Source: Epiperipatus broadwayi (Eukaryota > Animalia > Onychophora). Taken from it: a DNA stretch of 64,000 bases. The stretch lies in the NCBI GenBank assembly GCA_028023455.1, contig JAQFVV010000006.1:19902001-19966000 (forward strand), read 5' to 3'. The translations under genes and the position numbers were made by a program. The notes beneath the pieces were generated by a model. The model saw nothing but the letters and a program-made list of their open reading frames with translations. It made no database searches and had not been told where the DNA came from. Of this stretch, positions 1 to 11,280 are shown in pieces (the first letter of the stretch is position 1; every line of letters begins with the position of its first letter).

Positions 1-290
1 AATATTTCAGGCAGTCCTTGAAGTCATTAATATAAATGTTAAAATCATATCTAAATTACATTCAAAATTAGATAAAATATTATTGGTGAATTTAATATAT
101 GCTGCATGACTTCAAAGAAAGGATTGACACGAATAAATAAGTTTAATGGAAAAACCCATTTCATGTAATTTGTGAATAATAATAATATGGTATGCAATGC
201 ATGGAAAGCATACTCAGCACGGATAGCCAATTTTTAAAATAACACATCTATCTTTAGTTTACAAATGTCTGAACATTCATATGTTTAAAA

Positions 291-371
291 TGATGATGAT
301 GATGATGATGATAATAATAATAATCAAAATAATAATAATAATAATAATAATCATCATCATCATCATCATCA
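291..371. repeat. Compound trinucleotide microsatellite (TGA)n-(ATA)n-(TCA)n
   Basis: About 7 TGA units, then ATA units, then about 7 TCA units; explains spurious ORF 277..471. Confidence 0.95.
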
Positions 372-879
372 AGTGATTTAATGCTTGAAAGTTCACAAGA
401 AATTCAAGCACTGAAAGTGCCAGAGATGGGCCATACCCTATAGATTTTGAATAGTATATTAAGAAATTCATAAGAAGTGACAGCTAGTCCTTAAGCACTA
501 GAAACTGCCACTTTATATTTTAATAAACGAAGTGAATTTCCTATTAAATCAATACATATTCTTTTTGCAGTATTTGATTGTGAAATGCATGTTAATACCA
601 TCCTTTCTTATAATAATATTCTTAAAAATCATATTATAAATATAATAATTGCTTAAACACATACAAGTGATCTAATTCCTGCTAAATAAAAAAGAATGGA
701 TTGGTATTTTTACTTAGTAATTATTTCTTTAAAAAAACGTGCCAAATAATTTAATTTTTTTAGGTTCACTTGATCTCATAAATTATAGTTTTATCTATCC
801 TCTATACATCAAAAAATTAAACTCGCTTTTAAGTAAATAGGGGGATTTACTTTGGATTTTTTATTCTATATTTATCCTC

Positions 880-1045
880 CACTCCATCTCAAACAACTGG
901 CAGAAATGACTGATGAGTGTTGATTTTGCATGAATTATGTATATTGGGGATCGTCTATCTTTTTACAAGTATCTGTTTATGGATGTCAGTTGTTTGAGTT
1001 GGAGATCGAATGCGGACATAAAAGTCCTAAGTTCAAATTCCTCTA
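880..1045 (+). mobile_element. Family H copy 1: hammerhead-like motif followed by tRNA-like B box
   Basis: CTGATGA(910-916) GTGTTG-att-TTGCAT GAAT TATGTA TATTGG, then ...AAAGTCCTAAGTTCAAATTCC; homologous to 8915-9126, 13985-14165 and 43440-43700. Confidence 0.6.
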
Positions 1046-2271
1046 TTTATTTATATGAAAAACATTCAGTACCCTGAATGAAGAAGCTAACTGAACTGGT
1101 TTTTGCTATCGGGTACGTTTTTAAAAGTGACACTACAAAGATAAATAGTTGACCAGAAACTAACGTTTGGCTCTAAGAAATTGAACTCACACATTTAGTC
1201 TGTACCCTGTGAAAAACCATTCAACAATTAATTGTAAAAACTAGAATCCTAATTTACTTTTGTTATATCCTTCTTTTATATCAAATAGATTTCAGAGCTT
1301 TTGAATAATATCTTACAAGATGATGGATAAGGTTTTAAGGGTAAACCAAATTTTTGCGCTATTTTCTAGTAAATTTTATTCCATACAACTATGAGTATAT
1401 TGCATTGAATGGAGACACACAGAGCAAGTCAGAAATAATATTAAATATAGACTATGTTAAAGTTTTACAAGTCTCCTTTTGATGTTCTTTTTATTTATAA
1501 TTATCGCAAAACTGGAAAGTTTCAGATATGAATCTGTAAGTGAAATTAAGATTAAAGGACTATTTTAATCCTATTTACATATAAAAATAAAATTGTATAT
1601 TTTAATCTTTTTAGCATATTATTTATCATTAAGATAATTGAATTTTATAATTAAATATAAAAAAGACAAAAACAATTTTAAATAGACTTTCAAACAAATT
1701 ATAACTTTTAATCTTTTTAAAATGCATTAAGATGTTTTTCTTCAAGCTCTAAATCAATTTTATTTAATTTATTAAATTCATTTTACTTCTGCTTATTACT
1801 AATACATTTCATAAGAAATCTTGATGTTATATTTATACTTCTTTGTTCCATTTACGCACACACTCATATGAGTTATATATATGTGTATAAAAAGTATAAT
1901 TTCAATGTCAACTTCACATAATTATTTGTAAAGTTTTGAAAATTGAATGATCAGTGAATCTTGGTTATATCTCGAGTTTTACTATTGAAATCACTTTAAA
2001 ATTTTTAATTAATAATTATTTCTTGCTTGATTCCTTTTCCCCTCTTACTTTTACTTATGATTATTGTTTTTTAATATAATCACTCTGTACACACCTATCA
2101 CTATAAATTGACAATGTCACTATATGTATATAAACTTCAAATTATATAACACTTTTAATATATATATAATTCAAATTTATATATGTTTGTACGAAATGGT
2201 TTTTTTATTTTATAATCTAAAGCTGAGGCACTTTAACCACACACACACACACACATATATATATATGACAC

Positions 2272-2340
2272 TGCATGATTGGTGCAGTGGTAGAATACTA
2301 TACTCTGGAGCATAAAGTCCTGGGTTCAATTCCATGCCAG
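2272..2340 (+). mobile_element. tRNA-derived SINE head
   Basis: A box TGGTGCAGTGG and B box GGTTCAATTCC at tRNA-like spacing; no intact cloverleaf. Confidence 0.65.
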
Positions 2341-3109
2341 TACTTCTGTCGCTTCAACTTCTTAAGAATTTCCAAGGAATAAAGCCAACCGATTAAAGTC
2401 ATTTGATTATTTTTTTAAAACATATATAACCCATTAAAGCGATATCAATTCTTCAAAGAATTAGCTTTAAATTCTTAAATATTTTATTCAATGTTACATT
2501 AAAGAAAACTCATCTTTTCAGGAAATCTTAGCGGCTTTTGTCAACTACTATGAGAGAAGACATTCTACATCAAACCCAAAAGGTTCACTTCTATTTAAAT
2601 ACCACTATTTGATGTTAAAGTTTTGAACTATAATTTCATGGTTTTTATTTTAATAATGTCCTTTTCACCAAAATTCATATAAACATAAAGCAAAATTATA
2701 CAAACTCATCCCCCCCCCCCCAAGAATAAGAGGATTAAATTGATATCAAATAACACCCTTCACATCAAAATTCATATATATATATACAAAGCAGGATTAT
2801 ATAAATTTATTTCTTCTATAGAATTATGAATTATTAAAATGATATCTAAATAAATTATTGGCTCTGTAAATAATATAAAAAATAAGTCAACATATTCTAC
2901 AGATATTGCCAATTTTTCATCAAATACAGAATTGGTAGATGTCATGTTAAAGAAGGATTATCACTTCATTTTGTTATATTATTTACTGTAACACTAATTT
3001 AATTATTATATGTAGAAGTAAGTGTATAAACAGCATATATACTTTTTAAATTACATTTAATCATAGTATAGCCTAATTTCTGAAATAAGATTTTTTAAAC
3101 CACTAAACA

Positions 3110-3554
3110 TCACATGATCACCATTTCTTATGCTTGCACAGGCAAAACTTTCCATACAGTAGTGCCACTCAGTGCCAGACAGAGTAATCAATGGATGCCA
3201 CTACTCGTCCAATATCCCCAGACTAGTTTTCATCAGTGAGAAGCCTTGGATCTGAGAGCACTGCACCTAGATCTTAAGATCCAAGGCAATTCTCCTGCAG
3301 CCACCTTTTATCTCTATTTAACTACAAAACTATGAGAATAAAATTGAAAACACAATAATTTCAATCTAAGCTCAATAGCTTATATAGCCATATGGGACTG
3401 AATTCAATTCAGTACCCATACATTTTGGTGTCTTTGTCTCTTTAACAAACATAGCCACCACTATTTTTTTTTATGCACAAGCCTTCTGGCATCCATTGAT
3501 TACTCTGGCTGGCACTGAGTGGCATTACTGTATGGAGAGTTTTGCCTGTGTTAA
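3110..3554. mobile_element. Family F copy 1: fold-back element with hammerhead remnant (stem II deleted)
   Basis: About 65-bp inverted arms (ACAGGCAAAACT...GGATGCCA / TGGCATCC...TTTTGCCTGT); body matches 51019-51300 and 61590-62020; minus strand CTCA-CTGATGA-AAACTAGTC-TGGGG at 3216-3240. Confidence 0.85.
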
Positions 3555-5375
3555 AACATTTTAACAATTATCTTAGTCATATATCAGAATAAAAACATAG
3601 AATTAGATATGGAAACATGAGCCTCAGGGGTCATAATGACCATCTAAATATATTTTTAAAAGGATATATAAGACATATACATATAGAATATAAATATACT
3701 AAAATATAAAAAGTTTATATAAATTTTTTAGAGATAATTTTACAAGACATTTCAATATGACAACTGATTTTTATAAATGGATAACAATCTTTATTTTTAT
3801 AATAATTAAATTTTAAAAAACAAACTTGAACTACAATGATGAAAAAAGTGATGAAAAAATAGCAAAGCATGGTAACAGATACAATGAAGTTAGAAGATAT
3901 TGCAAGCTGTAATATAATATCTGAAAAGTGATCATGTGATATTTATTGTCTTAAAAGTATTTTTACTGAATGATATATTAGCTTTAATAGCACATATAGT
4001 GAAAAAGGTTTGCTTCCATGGATACATAAATTAGCACATTTATAACAAACTATGAAATAGCCAAATTGATCAATCTAATTAGATGCTGTCCTAATATCCT
4101 CATCCTACTCAATAACTAAAGGTTTGAAGGGGTCTACATTTATTATAAAACTGAGGTCTTTAAAATATAAACTAACTCTATTCAAACATGGTTAAAATCT
4201 TAAGTTTTTTGAAATTTCAATATATTTAGTCAAAAAGCATCAAAAAATAAAAAGAAGCTATTAGATTTATTAATGCATGAATTCCACGTGGAAGTTTTAG
4301 CTTTCATTGACAAAGGCAAATTCCAAAAACTTGTCTGAAGGTGGGAATTTTATAGCCCAATAGTATATGGTGTTTATTGATAATCCAAATTTATAGTAAA
4401 CGATTATTACTTTTGGAATTCTCTAAGCTTATATGAAAAGCATATAATATTGTTATTTGTATTATGCTTTTCTATTAGGAAGTCCTAAGAAAGATTCTTA
4501 AATTAAAAAAAAATTGCTGCATATTATGAAAATATATATATATTAGTAAAGCATATATTTTCTTCTGTTAAATAATTAGTTTCTAGTTACTGGATTATCT
4601 TCAGAGATAAGCAAGAATACAATTTACTTTACCCTGAGATGAAATAACCCTAAGATTCTGATTCCAATCAACTTGCTTGTAAAATTGTGATCTCAGTTTT
4701 CTGCGAACTGTAGGCATTTTTGATCTGATAAAAATAGAATATACTAAACTATATATCACGTGACTTTCTCTTTTTTTTCCTATTAACACTAACACTAGAA
4801 GATTACTTTAATATATTTAATTAAAAAACCAGTTAATTTTAAGACATGTTTCTTTTCAAATCTTGGTTTATTTTACGTTCTTATTTGGCAAAAAAATAGG
4901 AAGGAAAAGTAAATTGTTTTTTAAATATATTGAAATTAATGATGGAATGAAAATCGTGAAATGCTTATTGTTAAGTTTTTATTTTAATAAAAAGATTATT
5001 TTACTTTATTCTTTTCACTCCAGAAACATCTATTTTAAACTTAAGTAATCAAGAATGGTAGATTATAATATATTTCAACCTAATTCCGATTTATGTATAT
5101 TTAGAATGCTAAAGATTTCCTATAAAAAATGTTTCAATAAAAACAAATAAAAGATTGCAAGTTCAAAATACCTGAAATCGATATATTCAATCAGATGTTC
5201 TATTTTGCAGCCCTAAAAACGATCTAAACAAATCGTATGTATATATTAAAGATGGGTATAATATCTTCTGCAGATCATCTCTTCAACAAATAAAAAATCT
5301 GACCAATGATAAGCATCAGATGTCACTTGTTTACAAATACTGTTAAGAACAACTTCCTTAATTCCATTTCAGCAC

Positions 5376-5768
5376 CATCTATAATAATCTTGAGTAATCA
5401 GTAGATGTTAGATGGTAATGTTATTAAAGCCACATCTTCAGATCAGTTTGACATCACTTTTCTCAGTGAGGAGTTTGGATATAACACCCTTGGATCTCCT
5501 GAACCCAGCATACTTCTCAACAAATAGTCATATTTATCTTTCTTTTTATTAAAAATGTTACCAAATTAAAATTCAAATAGCTCAAATGGTAAAAAAAAGT
5601 TAAAGGTTGCAGCTAAATGAGAAGTTCATTGAGACTAATAAGTCCAAGTGATTTAAGTCCAAAACCCTCACTGATGAAGATTATAAGACAGAAATTAATC
5701 AGGTGATGTGGATACCTATAAATTTAATAGCATTACTATCTACTGATTATCAAAGCTTAAAATAGATG
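5376..5768. repeat. Old diverged inverted pair, each arm with a hammerhead remnant
   Basis: 5376-5494 is a degenerate reverse complement of 5643-5768; plus arm reads CCTCA-CTGATGA-AGATTATAAGACA-GAAATTAATC, resembling family F. Confidence 0.6.
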
Positions 5769-7149
5769 TCTCTAGAGTAAAGGGAAGAGAAATGATAAAT
5801 TATTGATGGTCAAAAAAAAAAAAGCCAAATTAAAAAAGACATTATGATTTATAGGTTCTAGCTTTCACTAATAAAAAAAACCACTAAATAAGCAATGAAA
5901 GTAATATGTTAGAACAGCAATAAGCATGAAACATATTATGGCTGTAGAATGTAAATCCAATTTTTGATGGAAGAATCGTTTAATCCTTCCTCAGAACGTT
6001 TTTGATATATATTTAGTTCAGTAGTTCCTAAATAGCAGTTTCAGCCCTGCCATTTCCATCTTCAAACTTCTTATTAACCCTTAAGCAATAAATCATTTGA
6101 TTATTTTATGTTTATCCTATGAATAAATAGCATTTAGTCTAGAACAATGCTAAAATGGCAGACTCATATCAAAGAATTCAGGTTCAATTCGTAGTTGATA
6201 AAGTAGACAAAATCCCAAACAATTATTGATATGATTAAAAGCCATTTTATTAAAATTGTATATCACATTGTACTTTGAACAAACATTTTAGAAAATAATA
6301 GTAAATGACAGCTTATTACTAGCAATAAGTGATGTAAGGTTGCTTTATAATTTATGTAACTAAATAATTACTGCTACAACATGCATTAGAAACTTTTATT
6401 TGACACATTTAGACTCCATTACTTATATTTATTTGCTATATAATTAACAACAAAAGGGTCCACCATTTTCAATGACCTTAGGATTGATTTTGAGTGGAAA
6501 TTAAATTTTTTTTATCTAGCATTATATTTTAAAATAAACCTAGAATTTTTTTACCTATCAGTTCTATATCTAATCCAGTTATCCATGCAATTATTAAACA
6601 GTAAATGGATAGCAGCTAGCTTTGAGTGAAAAATAAAGGTCACAAGTTAATATACATTGGTCAGATAAATCTGTCAATATAATAAATATATGATAAGTCT
6701 TCACTATCAGTAAAGATTCATTATACTAATTTGTGTTTTGATTTAACTTTACCTTTTAATAAAGGAAAACACATACGGAGTGTTAAAAGATCTCATGGAA
6801 TAATTGCAGCTTATGCCTATGCATCTGTTTAAATTTCAGCCGAATAGACTTAATTTTTTTAATAACAGTCATTTTTTTTCATGCAACTGTTAAATAAATA
6901 GATATTTTTGGTGTGTTTTTAAAATAAGGATAAAAAATGCCCAAACATTCACTGCTTTGAAAATCTGCTGACATTTATTTCTTTCTTTATGAAGGGCTCT
7001 TGGAGGTCTCTGCTTTGCAGGATTTCTATTCAAAAGCTGTTTTATCATATATATATATGTCAACAGATGGCGTTCTACCAAAAACACCGTCAAGCGTTTG
7101 TTTACATAAACGTCAGAGCATGCATTCACTATCTCTAACTTTAATTCCA

Positions 7150-7193
7150 CTTTCAGATCATGGTTTCAAGCTATTTGCTATCGTCAGTGAAAG
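7150..7193 (-). ncRNA. Minimal type I hammerhead ribozyme
   Basis: CTTTCA-CTGACGA-T-AGC(aaata)GCT-T-GAAA-CCATGA-TC-TGAAAG; all conserved core positions present. Confidence 0.8.
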
Positions 7194-7523
7194 ACAGGAA
7201 TTTTAGAAACTAGATCTAAACACAAACTCTGAGCATTTATGAAACAGTTTCTATTCAGTTTGCAAGCGTGAATCTTTTAGACACGTAATGTCTTCAAACT
7301 CAGCATAGCAAGCCAAATAGCTACATGGGTCTGATCTCAGTTCAGCATCACCACATAGTAGAAGCCTCTGCAATATATATCATTGCTAGAAAGACCTCAA
7401 AGGTACATTTATGCTGAGTTTGAAGACATTACGTGTCTAAAAGATTCACGCTTGCAAGGTGAATAGAAACTGTTTCATAAACGCTCAGAGTTTGTGTTTA
7501 GATCTAGTTTCTAAAATTCCTGT

Positions 7524-7567
7524 CTTTCACTGACGATAGCAAATAGCTTGAAATCATGATCTGAAAG
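7524..7567 (+). ncRNA. Minimal type I hammerhead ribozyme
   Basis: CTTTCA-CTGACGA-T-AGC(aaata)GCT-T-GAAA-TCATGA-TC-TGAAAG; 6-bp stem I, palindromic stem III ATCATGAT, AUC cleavage triplet. Confidence 0.85.
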
Positions 7568-7607
7568 TGGAATTAAAGTTAGAGATAGTGAATACTTGTT
7601 TTTTGTT

Positions 7608-7611
<4 letters not shown>

Positions 7612-7659
<48 letters not shown>
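7612..7659. repeat. (TA)n microsatellite
   Basis: About 24 perfect TA units. Confidence 0.98.
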
Positions 7660-7663
<4 letters not shown>

Positions 7664-8914
7664 TATAAAGTTCTTAATACATCTTAAATAAATTTTCATA
7701 CAAGAATATTTAGTAATGGGTTCCCCAATTAGTGGAAATTACAATTAGAGTATTGCTAATCCTTAAAGTCCATGTATCAATATTCATTTGATCAATAAAT
7801 AAGGGTAGAGTGCTGGACTCAAGAGCTAAATATTTTTGGATCAGAGTTGTAATTTTTAGATCAACCCTTGATTTTTTGAAAAACTAATCATTCAATATAT
7901 TATTGCCCAATGCAATTTTCTGCAGTACAGAGTGATGGAATAATAAACTAAACATTCCTGAATTGAAAATAAAATGATTGCTTCTGATGCTTGAATGTTA
8001 CTTACTATTTAATTTATTTAATTTACTTTCTTTACACACACAACACACACACACAATATTTTTATTGGATATTTAGATGTAAATATTTAATATATGGAGC
8101 TATCCATTTATAATTACTTAATAAGAAAGCATTTTACTTAGAACAACAGCCAGTGAAAGCTAACTATCCCATGCAGAGAGTGAAAGCAAAATTATCAGGG
8201 TAATTGCATGAAGCTTTTCAATGCAATTAGCCTGATAAGCCTGGAACACTTATTCTTCATTGGCTGATGTTCTAAGTAAAGTGTTTTCTAATTAAGTAAT
8301 TATAAATGGATAATTCCACAAATTAAATATTTATATGTACATTGAGCTATGTTTAATTTAAGTGTACTTAATAAATATTATTTAATTATTATAACTAAAA
8401 TATTGAAAGCGAGATTATATCTCCAGCCTTATATAATTGATTATTGATTTAACAACTATTAAATGCCATTTTACAGCTAGGTGATATATTAATTTAATTC
8501 TGAATTACTAACAATGATGATAAAAGTATGCTTGTAAACATCAGAGCTCCAACAGTAGGTGAATCCACTCTTGACTCTTTGTTTAACATTTGCAGTGAAT
8601 TTAATTCCTAGCCTGAAGGTGGGTGATTTAGTCCCTTTACATACATACATATTAAAATAGTAGCAAGGGTCTTGGCAATTTTTGGTTTGAGGTTTTTCAT
8701 AAAAGTAAGCAATTAAATTGAAAAAAAAAATACTGTTACATTTCCTGATAATCTTTATCTTGCTCAATCTGGGGTTAGAGTCAATATAATATTTGATAAA
8801 GATCATCCCTTTCTTTCTCAAGAACAGCTTATATCAGCGGGCAAGCATTAAAGTAAATTAATATTTTTGTTAAAAAGTAAATATTCTCCAAAAGTAACTG
8901 TCAAGCCATTTTAT

Positions 8915-9225
8915 AAAATATAAAATTTGAACCCAGACTTGTGAGCTCCCTTTATTTTCACACTAACCTACACAACAGATACATGAGCACATACATGTGA
9001 AAAAAAATAAATCATCTTTAATATACATATTCCATGCTGAACCAGCACTCATCATTTGGTCTGGACCATCATCTCTCTCACCCATATATAGTCAGTGCTC
9101 AGTTTATATTAAGATAGCAAATTTTCAAATGGATAATTAAAGAGTTGGAAAGTGGAGAGGATTGAAACCTGTTCATTAAAGTTTGAAGATTTGCTATCTT
9201 AATATAAACCTAGCACTGATTATAT
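8915..9225. mobile_element. Family H copy 2 (minus, 8915-9126) with inverted partial copy (plus, 9140-9225)
   Basis: About 45-bp inverted arms (AGTGCTCAGTTTATATTAAGATAGCAAAT / ATTTGCTATCTTAATATAAACCTAGCACT); minus-strand hammerhead-like ATGATGA GTGCTG-gtt-CAGCAT GGAA at 9021-9060; B box CTGGGTTCAAAT near 8930. Confidence 0.75.
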
Positions 9226-11160
9226 ATATATATTGTACCCTTTTGTTTAGGTTAGGATAAATTGTTTACATCAATTTACTAAAAAATTTTAAATTTGAAA
9301 GTTATTTTAGAGGTATGATGTATATAATGTGTTGATGATCTTTTAAAAAATCTAGTTAAAGCAAATAAGAATATTTACTGTATAATATTGTGTTAATATT
9401 TAAAAAAAAACAGTTAACTAAAGATAAATTATAATATTGTATGTTTGGGACAACTGGCCAGAATAAATACTGCCTTAACAAGTCTTGTAAATAAATGGTT
9501 AAAGTAAAGTTTAAAAACTAATAACTTGAAGTTAAATAAATAATATATTTGAGTAATAAAAATTAATATTTAATAATTAAATGTAAAATATTTATTTATT
9601 AATAGTATTGTGGTAGGAAATGAATGTTTGATTTTATAATATCGAACTATTATTTTAAAAGTTGTTATATGATATTATTTTATTTAAAAAATATTTAAAA
9701 AAAAAATTGAATTATTTAATTTATTTTTAGCTAAATTATAAGCATTTCATCTGGGTTGTAAGTTATGTGACAGATAGATATCAGTACACATATGCTTGCA
9801 AGTTTTTTAGTAATGTCGTAAAACTGTTTTAAAATTCTATTATAAAGTTTGTTATTATATTGAGCTACCATGAGATAAAATAAAATTAGCTAGTATAAAA
9901 TATTAAGTTGCATTTTATTTATTTTAAAAAAACAAATGTAATAAGTGGAATAAGATTTTTGTTTTGTTTTAAAAAATAACTACGTTTAAAAAAACAACAA
10001 CTAAAAATAATAATAAATATTACAATATAATTGTAAAAGTTATTTTGAAGTGTTTGATAAATGTAAATAAAGTATAAAAATGAACTAGAAATTAAATAAT
10101 ATAATAAATAGTAAATATTAGATAAATCATTATTTATTTTTAATTTTAATGCTGCATTGTTGGTTAGGTCTGTAAATAGCTAGCAGAGCATTGTTAAGTT
10201 AACCAATCAAGAGAGTAATTTGTTCAGGTATAAAAATAGGAGCACAATTATTTTCGAGGTACTACTACTGTTATCACTATTACTACTACTTATGTTAACT
10301 AAGTGTACATTAATAGTCAATTATATTAATTTCTACTTTAAGGAAAGTACAGTAATTTATTATAAAATCATCTAATACAGAAATGCCATGCTAAAAGCTA
10401 AGTAATTCCCTATCACCTAATTTATTAAACTTAATCCTATGTCACATTAAGCATGAGTAGCTCATCATTAAACTCAAATTTATATAAAAAAATGTCAAAT
10501 TATTATCTTTCTATTAGGCATATAATTTTGCCTATATTAATTTGCTACTGAGATTAGCAAATTGGACGTCACAGAGGAAGTTTATAAAAGTTCACGATAA
10601 ATTAAAAGTAAAGAAGTATATAAAAATGCCTTTATTCAGAGGACACATTTTAAAAATAAGATGGTAAATTTTAAAATCTTTTAAATTGGATAAAAGAATT
10701 ATTATGAAATGCCAAAATATGTATCTATGAAGAAATATTTGATGGTTTTTTTTAAAAAAAAAAACTATTATAATAATTTTAAAAAAATGTAAAAAAGACT
10801 AAGATTATTATTAGATCATTTTCATATTTTGTTGAAAAGAAATTCTGAAAAATAAGTAATTAAAATTATCCTATTATAAATTAATGTATGCGGGCCATAC
10901 AAAAAATATTTTAAAATTATTTATGGAAGTCTTTAACTATGTCATAAGTATCGAAGGATGCTGAATTTTATTGCTGTATCAGAGAATATAAACCATTGGG
11001 AAATTTGGATAAAAGTAGCAAACCTTTGAAATTATTTCATTGTACCTTCAATACTTTAGTTAGTGAAGAATGGGAACTGTTATTATTTTATAAAACGTTT
11101 AAAAGCAAATTCATAGTTATTTAGGAATTAATCCGGATATTCTAAAAAAAGTCGACTTAC

Positions 11161-11280
11161 CATATTTTTATTATTACTTTGTTTTGGAAAATTGTCATTC
11201 ATTTTGTTGTAAAGTGACCAACAGAGCATGTGTGGTTTTAGCATCAGGAGAAGTGTGATCAACATCGCTGGGGAGTGTAC
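11161..11280 (-). CDS. Candidate isolated 120-nt exon of an unidentified minus-strand gene
   Basis: Acceptor TTTTTTTTTCCTCCTTCAG|G and donor AATATG|GTAAGT; frame 0 is open, another frame reads GTLPSDVDHTSPDAKTTHALLVTLQQNE*; product not recognised. Confidence 0.5.

Larger units (their letters stand above)
7124..7593. mobile_element. Fold-back of two PLE pLTR-like arms (184 bp each, 102-bp spacer)
   Basis: 7124-7307 is the reverse complement of 7410-7593 with about 4 mismatches; each arm carries a complete hammerhead. Confidence 0.9.

Noticed and set aside
277-471. ORF with poly-M/poly-I
   Set aside because: Translation of the microsatellite.
1066-1120. GTACC-CTGAATGA...GGGTAC hammerhead-like
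   Set aside because: Stem I is present but there is no stem II or GAAA in register.
2272-2340. Functional tRNA genes
   Set aside because: All tRNA-like segments in the window lack a pairing acceptor stem and full cloverleaf.
3110-3554. Classifying the fold-backs as MITEs or CRISPR-like arrays
   Set aside because: Arm lengths vary per copy, flanking repeats are 11-21 bp, arms carry hammerheads, and there is no repeat-spacer periodicity; the DNA is eukaryotic.
4570-4612. Minus-strand CTGAAGAT...GAAACTAAT
   Set aside because: Core motifs present but stems I and II do not pair; at best a very old relic.
5211-5234. Possible 24-nt micro-exon PKNDLNK
   Set aside because: Splice-like sites are frequent by chance at this AT content; no supporting neighbour.
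8543-8612. Peptide RAPTVGESTLDSLFNICSEFNS*
   Set aside because: Weak acceptor, short, unrecognised.
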